Source of the DNA: a virus
IMG/VR virus record: IMGVR_UViG_3300046533_000687
Span: 11,486 to 75,485 of that record
Direction: 5' to 3' (one strand)
Length of the DNA stretch: 64,000 nucleotides
In this document: piece by piece, positions 38,531 through 48,982 of the stretch
How the letters are laid out: each line of letters starts with the position of its first letter
Numbering within the stretch: position 1 is the stretch's first letter
Program-made: the position numbers and the translations under genes
Notes under the pieces: generated by a model
What the model was told of the DNA's origin: nothing
Database searches by the model: none
What the model saw: only the letters and a program-made list of their open reading frames with translations

Positions 38531-38722
38531 ATGTCAATCGCATTCATCATGCTCCTGCCACAGCTGATCGCAGCCGGCATCGCGACGGAGCAGCAGATCG
38601 TCGGACTCGTCAAGTCGTTCAATCCTGGGATGACAGACGCGGAGATGAACGCCGTACTCGAGATCGTCAAGGCCGGGGCCGCGAAGCACCTTGCGCAGGC
38701 GCAGGCGGACGCTGGGAAGTAG
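38531..38722 (+). CDS. Small hydrophobic protein, last gene of the late operon
   Basis: GGAGG RBS; 63 aa. Confidence 0.6.
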   Translation: MSIAFIMLLPQLIAAGIATEQQIVGLVKSFNPGMTDAEMNAVLEIVKAGAAKHLAQAQADAGK

Positions 38723-38737
38723 GAATCCCATCTAGAA

Positions 38738-38916
38738 CCGTCCAGGATTGATTAGGAGCCATTTTCTTTCAGTCAGGCTAGTTACCCCTTACCTGACCGG
38801 TGAAAGACGGTCCTGAGCCATCCTGGACGGGAAAAGTTCGCCGCCCGACGACGGAATGCCCCGTCGCTCCGATAATTAGACACCCCACGTTGGGACGGGA
38901 GGGTGCGGGCGGCGAA
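38738..38916. terminator. Two large stem-loop structures at the convergence of the late and early arms (probable bidirectional terminator region)
   Basis: Inverted repeats CCGTCCAGGAT/ATCCTGGACGG (38738-38830) and TTCGCCGCCCG/CGGGCGGCGAA (38837-38916). Confidence 0.55.
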
Positions 38917-38921
38917 TCTCG

Positions 38922-39725
38922 TTACATCTCTGCTCGCGCTTCAATCTTCTCCGCATCGAACGCGTCGGGGTCGACGAACTGATCGTCATCGACCACAACC
39001 TTCCGATCCTTCCACGCATCGAACATGTCGATGGCCAACTTCTCGATCGAGCTGTCCGGCGTCAGCCAGCCGGCATTCTCGATCTTGTAGATGGCATACA
39101 CGCCCTGCGTCTTCTTGTCAGTGGCGCTCCCTGTCGTCAGCTTGTAGACGCCCTTGCAGATCAGCTTCTGTCCGCGCATCTCGATCAGCAGGTTGAGGTG
39201 CTTGGCCGCCTTGAGGCCTGACGACTTCAGCGACAGCGCGACGACGTTCTGCATCGGGTCCGTCGGATCGAAGTCGTTCAACAGCAGGCAGATGAAATCG
39301 TGGAACTCGGTCGCGACCGGCTTCTCGCCGTTCGGTCCGAACTTCGTCCGTGGATCGCCAGACCGCACGTTCCGGTCCTTGATGCCGCCACCCTGGCTGA
39401 GCGGGTTGAACTCGATCCAGCGCGGATCGTCGCGACGGAGGATGACGAAGAACACCGGCCCCTTGCCGAAGTTCTTCTTCGAGAGGCTGTGATAGAGGTC
39501 GGTGAACTGAAGCCCCTCGATATAGCGCTCGACGGTCGGGTCGATCTCGGGCGACATCTTCTGCGCGATGGCGAGACGCGGCATCAGCACGTCGTCGCGT
39601 CCGATGCCCTCGCTGCCGAGGGTGCCTTCGTCCTTGCCTGCCGGACGCTCCTGCGTGATCATGCCTTCGAGGCCCTTCGGAACTTCTAGCGTTGCTGCTG
39701 ACTGCTTTGCGATCTTGTCGGTCAT
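38922..39725 (-). CDS. Putative single-stranded DNA-binding / replication accessory protein
   Basis: DVLMPRLAIAQKMSPE motif and acidic C-terminus, as in genes accompanying phage PolA. Confidence 0.5.
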   Translation of the reverse strand: MTDKIAKQSAATLEVPKGLEGMITQERPAGKDEGTLGSEGIGRDDVLMPRLAIAQKMSPEIDPTVERYIEGLQFTDLYHSLSKKNFGKGPVFFVILRRDDPRWIEFNPLSQGGGIKDRNVRSGDPRTKFGPNGEKPVATEFHDFICLLLNDFDPTDPMQNVVALSLKSSGLKAAKHLNLLIEMRGQKLICKGVYKLTTGSATDKKTQGVYAIYKIENAGWLTPDSSIEKLAIDMFDAWKDRKVVVDDDQFVDPDAFDAEKIEARAEM

Positions 39726-40176
39726 TATGCTTTTCCTTTTGTGTGTTGAATGTTACTCGCTCGCCGTGTTGATGTGCACCTCCATCCCCATGATCCGGCT
39801 CAGGTAGGCTTCCGTCTCCCGGATCTTGTCGGTCAGGTCGCCGATCGTGATCGATTTATACGGCACCTCGCAGCCCGTGATGGTCTGCTTCTTGACGAGA
39901 ATGCCGTCCGGTATGTGGAAGTCGATGGCGACCTTGATGGTGCTCACTTGTGCTCCCTATAGGCAGTGAAACAAGCGGGGCACAGCCAACCAAATTCCGC
40001 CGTACATCTCCATCCATCCGCTCTCTTGAGCTTGATCATTTCAGAAACCGAACCGGCATGTTGATAGTGTTGTTCACAGTCATATGCGCGCCACGATGGA
40101 GATTCTGACATCCTAGCTCCAGCGCACCACAGCGTGTGCTCATGTGTGACGCGGCCGCGTTCCCACTTCTCCATAC

Positions 40177-40779
40177 CTATGCCTTGTTGAGACGTACCAT
40201 GACCTTCGCGAACACCTCGACCCCGTCAGGCGGCGCCTCGCCCGCCAGCGTCCTCTCCTTTGCGATCGCGTTCATGCTCGACGGCCACAGCTGCAACTGG
40301 TTTTCATAGCCGTTCGCCACGCACCACTGCCGGAACGCCTCCTTGTCCCTCACCTGTCCGAACGGCTCGCTGTAGGTGCTGACCGACGCGCCGCTATCGA
40401 GCCGCAGTGACGCCAGCTTTTCGGCTTCCATCTGCTCGATCATCAACTGCTCATAGGCGTCAAGGAGCAGCTGAGCCGACGACTTCCAGCTGGCGATAAC
40501 GTCCATCGCGTGGCGTACCTCGGCGTAGGCGTTGGCGAAGGCCGCGGCGTGGAGCTTGCCGGCCACAGCGCGCTTCAGCAGGATGAAGGCGTCTTCGACC
40601 GCCGTGTCCGCGGCGCGCATGGAACTGCGGGCTTGCGCGCAGACGTTATAGTCGTCGTCCGGCGCCTCGCGGATCTCCGCCTTCACCCGGTCGACGAGGT
40701 CCCTGCGCTCGGGCTCGACGCTATTGAACTTCGGCAGCGAGCCGACGACGTGGGCGTACTTGGTGGGACGGGAGGCCAT
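40177..40779 (-). CDS. Conserved phage replication-region hypothetical protein
   Basis: Coiled coil followed by VRDKEAFRQW...KERTLAGEAPPDGVEVF. Confidence 0.6.
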   Translation of the reverse strand: MASRPTKYAHVVGSLPKFNSVEPERRDLVDRVKAEIREAPDDDYNVCAQARSSMRAADTAVEDAFILLKRAVAGKLHAAAFANAYAEVRHAMDVIASWKSSAQLLLDAYEQLMIEQMEAEKLASLRLDSGASVSTYSEPFGQVRDKEAFRQWCVANGYENQLQLWPSSMNAIAKERTLAGEAPPDGVEVFAKVMVRLNKA

Positions 40780-41080
40780 TTAGACTTCTCCTATTTGATC
40801 GCCGAAAGAATCCGTTGATTCATCAGCAAGGCGCCGGTCGTCGACAGTAACGATCGCCGCATTACCTGTCTTCTCATCAACCCGAAGTTTCATCTTAACT
40901 TCGTAGCAGGCGTACATGAACTTATCTAGTGCGGCTCCCGTCAATCCTGCTCGCTCACCCTGGTCTCGCATGGATTCTTTGCTACCGTGGAGCCAAACAG
41001 TGATTAATTGCATGACTTCTCCTTACCCGACATCGGACAGCTCCACCTTCACGCGAGTACCGACTCGCCACTGTGGTTCG

Positions 41081-41632
41081 TCATCTCCAGCCTTGAAGAC
41101 GAGCGTCATGCGGTCGTCGTGCAGCGGGCGATCCGAGATGGCGATTGACGCCGACGACGCCGGTGCCCTGCCCCCGCCGCACTTCGCGGTAGCGTTCGAT
41201 CGTGTCGGTCACGATGTCCGTGAGGCGCCAGGCGCCGAACGCCACGCTGCCGCCGGTCGGACGCGGGAGCACCGTCCCGCAGATCGTCGTGAGCGCCAAG
41301 GTGAAGGCGCCCGCCGTCGCCGCGCGCTCGACCTTCACATAGCGGTCGAGATACGTGTCGGCGAGCTGACGCAGCGTCATCTCCTCGCGCGCCTGGGGCT
41401 GGCCGAACTTGCCCGCCTTGATCGCGATCCGGATCTTCGCGGCTTCGTCCTCCGCGCCCCCCTCTCCGTTCTTCGAGTCCACATGGCGACCGAGATGCCG
41501 ATCGAGGCTGAAGCGGTGATGCACGCCGGCCCATTTGAACGAAAAATGCCATCCGTGCGGGCACTTCGCCCACGCGCGGCGGGGGCAGCCGCAGACTTTC
41601 CGGAGCCCGTGGTTCGTGTGTCGTGCCTTCAT
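41081..41632 (-). pseudogene. Truncated tyrosine integrase (arm- and core-binding regions only)
   Basis: MKARHTNHGLRKVCGC...WHFSF, TLRQLADTYL and IERYR...VNRHL, then abrupt loss of homology with no catalytic R/H-x-x-R/Y domain. Very high GC. Confidence 0.65.
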
Positions 41633-42304
41633 CGCGTCGTGCCTTTCGGCGGTGCGGCCTGGTTCTCGATTTCGAACGCCCGCGGCGTCGCGCGTCCGCT
41701 CCGCTCGCCGCGGGTGGTCTTGGTGAGCAGCCCCAGCCGGCGGGCCGTCGCGACGGCGGAGCGGGCCGCCGCCGCGCTGAGGCGCAGGCGCCGCGCGACG
41801 GCGGCGGTCGGCCGCGAGTTCAGCGCCGCGCAGGCCTCCGCATAGACGATCGCGACGCGGGCGTAGCGGCGCAGGTCCCGCTTGCGCCCCCGTGCGCCGC
41901 GTGTCGGGGCGGGCGCCCGGAAGCGGGCGAAGGGGACGTGTTTCAGGAACGCCGACAGCTCGCGCTCGAAGGCCCGCAGGCGAATCTTGCGCAAGACCGT
42001 CCGGGCCTGGATGCCGCCGGCCGGCACGGCCGCGTGGCTGCCGAGCACGTCCGCCGACCACCGCCCGGTCTGGGGTGTCCGCGGCTCCGCGGACGGGAAC
42101 ACGCGGATTTCGGCGACGACGATTTGCGTGTCCTGCTGCTGCAGCCCGAGCCGATAGGCCGCGACCCAGTGCGCGTCGATCGCGTGCTCGAACCAGATGT
42201 CCGAGACGGACACGGCCCGCGGCGGCCGCTGCTCGTCGTGCGACGGTGCGGTGAGCGGCAGCCCCCCATAGAGCGCCTGCTCGGCGTCGTTGAGGAAGAC
42301 GGTC
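41629..42304 (-). pseudogene. 5'-truncated HTH-containing protein of the same high-GC foreign fragment
   Basis: C-terminal PTAAVARRLRLS..AARSAVATARRLGLL HTH; no RBS-supported start; ATGA-coupled to the integrase remnant. Confidence 0.5.
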
Positions 42305-45210
42305 CTATTTCGCCTCAATGATCGGCTCACGCGCCGCGAACGCCGCGCGGTGTGTTTGATATGTAGATTGATAGTGCTCGGCCAGCGGCTCGCGGCCGAA
42401 GCCCGAGACGACCTCGTGCCCGCAGGCTGGACACTTGTATTTGTCGGCGTCCCACAGCTTGTAGGGCGAGCCGTCTTCCATCTGCTCTTCGACCGTGACG
42501 CCGTTCTTCGCGACGCGCATGAAGGTGCCGCATGGGACGCAGACGAGGTTGCTGGTGGTGGGCATTAGACCACCTCCTTCGTCGCACGATCCTCTTCGCT
42601 TGTCGACCACGCTCCGCCGTGTTCCTCACGCTGAGAGTTGAAGAAGGCGATGCACGCGTCGACACCCTGCTCGGCGAGGGCACTGTAATCTTGACGATAG
42701 TCGCCGATGAGGATGCGAAAGCGATGCGCCTCGTCTTCGGTGACCAAGGCCGTTTCAGGCAATTCCTTGGTCAAGTCTTCATCGCCACCTAGCAGCTGCG
42801 CGAGGGAGCCTAGCACCTGATTCAGCTCGCCAAACCGTTTCCGGTAGGAGATGTAGAACGTACCGCAGTCGAGCAGTTCGTTTCCGTGTTCGGTAAGTGT
42901 GAAGGCCATCAATCATTCTCCGCGCTGATCGCGCACTGAACAGAGCAATATGGATGGTTGGTCTGGGCCTCGAACGGCAGTCCGCACCAGAGGCAACGCT
43001 CAACCTCGGGCAGTGCCTCGCGCGCCTCGTCGTCAAGCCTGCGGCGCTCGGCGATGGCGATGACCGATCTGGCGAACGCCTGGTCGCGGCGGTCCTGGCC
43101 GGTGCGGCCTCGGCGGAGGGGGTCGAAGGTCATCGCGCCACCTCGTTTCCATCCCTATCAATTCCAAGCAGGTCAAGTACTGACTGCGTCGCGTTCTGCC
43201 TGGCAGTCCACGCATCGAGGTTGACCTTGGACTTCAGAACGACGGCAGGCGCGGAGAATCCGCAGATCGTGCAGGAAATGCGCGTCGGAAATTTTGGGTG
43301 AATGTCGAAGGTATGCTTGTGAGCAGTCATCGCACACCTTCGATCGCCTTGGTAATTTCCGCAGAGCCCTCATCAGCGCGAAGATACGCAAGGTGGTAGA
43401 GGCGCAACGTTCCGTCGTCCTCGATGACCACGTATGATCCTTGTCGGATCGCGTCCTTGTCGGCTTTGTCAGGAGTGCGCTTGTCGAGCGCACGAACGTC
43501 TGCAAGAACTGCGAGACGCTTGATTGTGACTGGGTTTCCGAAGCGGCCGTAAATCATGATGTCTCCCTTCGTGGCGGCGCCCGGTTCGTCGGGTCGCGGC
43601 TGACATGGACAATATACTACGGATCAGACCGCCTGTACACAACTATTTTAAATAGTTGCTAAGTCTTTATAGATGAGCCACTTAGTGCCTCGTCGACCCG
43701 CGCGTTCCAGGCATCAGCGCCGCAATGGCAAACACCGGTAAACACTATCCTCTGATTCGCGCACATCTCCTCGTGCTCTCGCTTCGATTCCTGCAGTAAG
43801 GAGATCAGCGGCTCGGCATATGTCGCGATGATGGCCGCGATGTGCTCGACACGTGGCCTGTTACGTATGCGCGGTAGCTCGTTATAGATGTGCTGCGCGG
43901 CCTTGGACGCCCAGTCATGCAACATGATCCCACCTCGTCACGGTAATCCTTATCGGCCCGATGTAGAGTGACGTGATACGGCCCCTTGGAGCTTCTTGCA
44001 GCGTGCTCAGTATGCCGAACAAGAACGTGAACTCGTGAACGTTGACGCTGAATTGCCAGGTACCACTGACGCATGCATAGAGCTTCACTTCAATATCCTA
44101 TCATCGGCCGCGTCACCACGCTCGAATCCCCCTTCTCATATGCCAGCCTCACCAGCCGCTCCGCCTCCGCCTCGCCTTGCGCGTCGATGACCTGCGAGAT
44201 GCACGCTGGCAGCTCGATAAACCAGCCGCTTCCATAGCCAGAGTTGATGCCCGGCGGATTCCTTCCGAGGTCCCGTGCGACGCGATCCATCAGCTTGAAC
44301 GCGGCATTGGACGGGCGGCTATAGCCGTTGCTGCCCATGAGGATGCGTCGCTTGCAGATGTCGCACGTCGAGACCAGCCACTGCTGACCTGAGTAGGGCG
44401 TGAACTGCCGCTCGTACTCCTGCGACTCCTTGAAAAGGTGCGGGCAGTCGATCTGCTTGCAGCGCAGGCAGAAGCGGATGCAGCGGCGGTCGCTGAACAG
44501 GTCGAAGGCCCACATGGTGCCAGCGGAAGGGTTATCAATCTGCTCAGATCGTGGTCGGCGGTCATTATGCCAGGCATCGTATTCTTGGTTCCGCCATTCC
44601 AGCGACGCGTTGACCCACTTGTGCTCGCGGTAGAGGAAGTTGTGCGCCTTGCGGTTGTTGATGCTATGCAGCTCGGCGGTGTTCTTCTCGTCGTAGAGGC
44701 CGTCGATGGAGGTGATGATGATCATTTTACTCTCCGCGTGCCACGAGATAGGATGCCCGCATACACCGCAGTGCCTGTCGGAGCTTAGGTTTCGAGGGGC
44801 TGACGCCTGCGTATGACCACAGACCGCGCCACCGCCACGCCAATTAGGATCGTCTGATATCATTTCGCCTCCCACCTGACGCATCCGAAGTCGTGCTGCG
44901 TTCGCATCCGGAAGTTGATCTTTTCACCTCCGTCATACATGACCCGAGCGACCATCGTCGGCAGCGTGCACTCGGCCGTATTGACGGACGTCACGGTGTC
45001 GAGGTCCCAGTGCTTGCACGTCTCGCACCGTGGCACTGGCATGTAGGCTGTGTCGGGGAGCATGGGGCAGTGCTTGAGGATGATCGTCCTATAACTATCT
45101 GCAACACGCTGTCGCTGTTCGTCGGTCACATACGAGTCGCGTCCAGGCCCGAAGGAAAAATAGCTAGCAAGTTCCTTTGCGGCTTCCTGCGCCCAGTCCT
45201 TCACGATCAT
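42305..45210 (-). other. Cluster of small, tightly coupled hypothetical early genes, several with Zn ribbons
   Basis: ORFs 42305-42565, 42565-42912, 42909-43133, 43130-43330, 43327-43557, 43659-43925, 44090-44863 and 44860-45210, many with ATGA/TGATG overlaps. Confidence 0.6.
43611..43658 (-). promoter_or_regulatory. Sigma70-type promoter with adjacent 19-bp palindrome (operator candidate)
   Basis: -35 TGTACA (43639-43634), 17-nt spacer, -10 TATATT (43616-43611). Palindrome CAACTATTT-T-AAATAGTTG at 43640-43658. Confidence 0.65.
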
Positions 45211-46919
45211 TCTTCCTCCAGCGTCCGCACCCACCCGCTCACCGTCAGGTCGTTGATGTTCATCTTCCCGAGGCGGTGCAGGATGACGTGATGATCGATC
45301 GTCTTTTGCCCGCGCGGCCCGACCGCCACCAGATAGAAGAAGCTGACCGGCCCCGTCTGTCCCGTGCGGTTCACTCGCGCGTCGCCCTGGCGCTTCTTCC
45401 ATGGCGAGAAGTCGTACGAGATGTCGAGTACCGTGCGGCACGCCGTGAAGTTCAGGCCCATCGCGCCGGTGCCCTGCGTCGCGCCGACCGTTGCCGGACC
45501 GACGGGTGCGGTCTTCGGATGGAGCAGTCGCAGCGCGAAGTCGCGCTCGGCCTTCTGATTCATCTCGCCGTCGAGGACCTTCTGGCCGCAGGCCGCGCCG
45601 ACCGGGATGCTTGGATGTGCCAGCTGCTCTTCCTTCAGGTACCGTTTCAGCTCGGGCACGAACCGGCACCAGGTCAATAATTTGAGGTTCGGATACCGCT
45701 TCAGCAGCTCAGCATGCCACTCGAGCGTGAAGTCGAGCTTCTCGCGGCCTATCTCTTGGACCGTTAGCTGCGGATTCCACAGCCGATGCTCCTGCCTGTC
45801 CACTTCACCCTTGCTGATCGGCTCGGACAATCCATCGAACCAGAGATCCGGGACATTGGTGCTGACTTCATCTATCCCCGCATCCTCCACCCCTCCCAAG
45901 AATCCGCTCGTGATCTGCGCCAGCCGGATCGTCTTCACCGCCGCCGTCCGCGCTGTCGCCACGCCCGACTTCAGCCACACGACCATCTCGTTCCGCATCG
46001 CGACGTAGTGCTTCCACGTCTCCTTCGTCAGCGTCACCTCCAGGCACACGGGCGGCAGGGCGAAGTCGACGCCGAAGTCCTTCGCCTCGCGGCGCAGCAC
46101 GTAGGGCGCCAGCCGCTGCTGGAGGTCCTTGACCCCTTCTTCCGACCACCCGGCGATGTTCTGCACGACGCTGCCGTAGCGGACCATCGGCTTGCCGCGC
46201 TCGAGTACCGGCTCCTGGACCGCATAGCGCGCCTTGAAGTGCGTGACATACTTGCAGTCGAGGATCGACGGGTGCAGCAGGTTCGCCTGGCTGAACAGGT
46301 CCAGCGGACTCTCGGCCACGGGCGTGCCGTTGAGCTCGAGGATGCGGCCGCAGCGCGGCACGCCGAGCACCGGCCGCTTCCTGACGTTTGCCTGCCAGCG
46401 CAGGAGCATGCAGGCTTCGGTCTGCGCCGAGGCATGGCCGCGCACGGCGGAGGATTCGTCGAGGATGAGCATGGTCTTCGGGCCGCAGTAGGCCAGGAGC
46501 ACCTCGAGATTCTGTCGGCTGCGGATATATTCGTAGTTGGTGACGATGATGCGCAGCGGGCTAGCATCCTTCGGTCCGTGCTCCCACTGCCGGATCTTGC
46601 TGTGATACTCGCTGACGATGACGCGCTTGTCTTCGAACGCCTGCTCGTAGATCTGACCGAGATCCTTGTCGAACCAGACCTTCGGCCGCACGGCAGCTGG
46701 CGCGACGATGATGACGCGGTCGATGAGGTCGGCGTCGTGCAGGAACTGCGCGGCGATCAGCGCCTGAGCAGATTTCATCCCGCCCATATCGTCAGCGAGC
46801 AGCGCGTAGGGATGGTCGAGCAGGAACTGCACGCCAATCTTCACGTGCTCAGGTGGCGGACTCCAGAAGCCTGGCTCACCTGGCACCCACACGGAGCGGC
46901 AGCGGGAGAAGTCGATCAT
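45207..46919 (-). CDS. SNF2-family (SF2) helicase
   Basis: LLADDMGGMKS (Walker A variant), ILDESS, LNGTP, GLNFT and RVNRTGQ. Confidence 0.88.
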   Translation of the reverse strand: MIDFSRCRSVWVPGEPGFWSPPPEHVKIGVQFLLDHPYALLADDMGGMKSAQALIAAQFLHDADLIDRVIIVAPAAVRPKVWFDKDLGQIYEQAFEDKRVIVSEYHSKIRQWEHGPKDASPLRIIVTNYEYIRSRQNLEVLLAYCGPKTMLILDESSAVRGHASAQTEACMLLRWQANVRKRPVLGVPRCGRILELNGTPVAESPLDLFSQANLLHPSILDCKYVTHFKARYAVQEPVLERGKPMVRYGSVVQNIAGWSEEGVKDLQQRLAPYVLRREAKDFGVDFALPPVCLEVTLTKETWKHYVAMRNEMVVWLKSGVATARTAAVKTIRLAQITSGFLGGVEDAGIDEVSTNVPDLWFDGLSEPISKGEVDRQEHRLWNPQLTVQEIGREKLDFTLEWHAELLKRYPNLKLLTWCRFVPELKRYLKEEQLAHPSIPVGAACGQKVLDGEMNQKAERDFALRLLHPKTAPVGPATVGATQGTGAMGLNFTACRTVLDISYDFSPWKKRQGDARVNRTGQTGPVSFFYLVAVGPRGQKTIDHHVILHRLGKMNINDLTVSGWVRTLEEE

Positions 46920-47088
46920 CGACTCTCCAGCTGCGCCTGAAAGTGCCTGATATTCTCCGCCTGGATCTCGAGCCGCTGCTGCTGCTGATCGATGATGTGC
47001 TCGAGGTGGCAGATGCTACGCTTCAGCTGCGCGTTGTCCTGCTTGAGCTGCGCGTTCTCTGCTCGCAACTTCGATATGGTGATGTCGT

Positions 47089-48233
47089 TCATGTGTTCTT
47101 CAACTCGTCTTCCAGTTCTCGGATGTGCGCGGCCATGGACTCGTTGTTCACCTCGCGGTCGTCGATGATCTGCTGAATATCTGCCTTGAGCGCGGCGTTC
47201 TCCTGCTGGAGACGGGAGACGTCGGCCTCGGCTAACTCGCAGCGTTCAAGGACGTTATGGTCGCACCACTTCATCCATTTGTCTGGACTATGGAGTAATT
47301 CAAGTGCTTGATGGAGCGCCTCGCGGAGACGGGAGACTTCGGCCAACAGAAAATGAATATCATCGGTATGTTTGAACGTGCCGATGTAGTAATCAGTCGC
47401 CAGATTCTCAGCAATTCGCTGGAGGCGTGTGGGGGTGTCGTCAGGCTCACTCATGGGTCCAAGCCTCCGCAAGTTCTGCGAGGTGTGCGAGTCGGGCATC
47501 CTGCACCGCTATTCGGTTCTGCGCCTCTTGGAGCGCCTCGCGGAGACGGGTGACTTCGGCCAGCAGGAATTGCACGTCGGTATTGATGTCGGCCTGATCT
47601 TGCCACCGCTTCTCTATCTCATCGAGACGTGTGGGGGTGTCGTCAGGGGCGACGGGCGCGGGGCGATGAACAGGGCAATCCTTCGCATCGCTAAACGGTC
47701 CTGTGCAGCGCGGGGTGTCGTCAGGGGCGACGGAAGGCGACTCGATGGGCGCTTTACACGCGGTCGGCTCGTGAGCCAACCGGACTGCCTTATTCGGATA
47801 TTCGGCAGACGCCATCGAATCACCATCACTCGCTCGCGGGGTGTCGTCAGGGGCGACGGGCGGCTTAGTCATGCGTTCCTCGTGGTGGATTTTGATGTGG
47901 CGGAATCAATCCCTCGTCCTCACAGCGGAGGCAGGAATCGTCTCCGTTGTTGATCCATGCCTCGTCGTCGTCGCTCACCGAGACCCAGCCGGGACAGCCG
48001 CAAATTAAGGGCTGCCCATCATAGAACCAGTTGAAACGGTCGGCTTCAGCGCCTACATCGCCGCAACAAGGACACTCAAGTGTGTCCGGTTTTCGCGTGG
48101 TGTCGTCAGGGGGGCGGGACGCGGCGGTCATCGGCTGCACCTCAGCTCTCGTTAAGGGCTTGCTGCACGTCGGACAGATATTCCAGCGCGTCGGCGCTTG
48201 CAGACCATGTTCTGAACAATGCCAGATGCTCAT
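47089..48233 (-). other. Three modular small genes (47089-47454, 47447-47872, 47865-48233) with Ead/Ea22-like LLAEVxRL coiled-coil modules and PDDT repeats
   Basis: FLLAEVSRLREAL and FLLAEVTRLREAL; PDDT[PT] occurs five times. Confidence 0.55.
47434..48110. repeat. Dispersed direct repeat GGTGTCGTCAGG x5 (22-bp GGGGTGTCGTCAGGGGCGACGG x3)
   Basis: 22-mers at 47634, 47712 and 47838; 12-bp cores also at 47434 and 48099. Confidence 0.9.
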
Positions 48234-48373
48234 GGGTCGGTCCTCTCAGTGCCCGCCGCCAACTCGATAGATCGCAGTCAGAACATGCCGGAAGGTCGGT
48301 TCCGGGGCAAGTCCCCACCACAACTCGACCGCAACCAAAAGAACAATCCATACTCGGCTCATGGCTGCTCCTT

Positions 48374-48982
48374 GGGGCCGTCGGCGGCGTCGGTAATCGC
48401 CACATCCAGAGCCACGCGCACATCGAGTGATTCCGGTTGATGTGGGTGGCCCTCCCACTCCACGGTATGGAGAAACGCTAACGCCTGCCGCGCAGCCACA
48501 AGTAGGGCATCGCGTTGCTTGATCAATTGTGACCGCTGGACGGAGAGGTCGTGAATCGCCATGTCCTGAAAGTCGTATTGCGGTTCCATCTACTTCTCCT
48601 CCTTGGGGGCGGGGCCGTCGGCCTGCGCCCAATGCACGACCACGAAGTCCTCGATGCAATTCTCGTGATTGATCATCGCGTCCTTGCCAACCTTCCGCAT
48701 CTGTTCACACCAATACGGCCAGTAGTCGCGGAGGATGTCGGCCTCGGTCACGACATACTCACCGCTCGGATCTTGGTAGCGCCAGCGACTTTCGGGCATA
48801 GGGGCTTCCTGAACTTTCTCGGCTTCGGCCGCATCGACAGCAGCATCAGCACAACTGCTCGGTGAAACCGCTCGTGACGTTCGCGACCTGTCCCCTGCGA
48901 GGGATTTGTCGCCAACATCCACAGTTCGTGAGCGATCCAGTCAGCTTCCATCGTCTGCTTTCAAGGGGCCGTCGGCCTGCGC
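48374..48982. repeat. Dispersed direct repeat GGGGCCGTCGGC x3 near gene 3' ends
   Basis: Copies at 48374, 48611 and 48965; the last two share 18 bp. Confidence 0.85.

Noticed and set aside
41081-41632. Functional integrase indicating a temperate lifestyle
   Set aside because: The catalytic domain is absent, and no repressor/att module is recognisable in the window.
46770-46800. Inactivated helicase, suggested by Walker A DMGGMKS instead of DMGLGKT
   Set aside because: The Lys, the DExx box and the downstream motifs are retained, so there is insufficient evidence for loss of function.
47434-48110. CRISPR mini-array
   Set aside because: Repeat spacing is irregular (202, 78, 126 and 259 bp). 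The repeats are short, lack a CRISPR-like 3' end, are in-frame coding sequence, and no cas genes are present.
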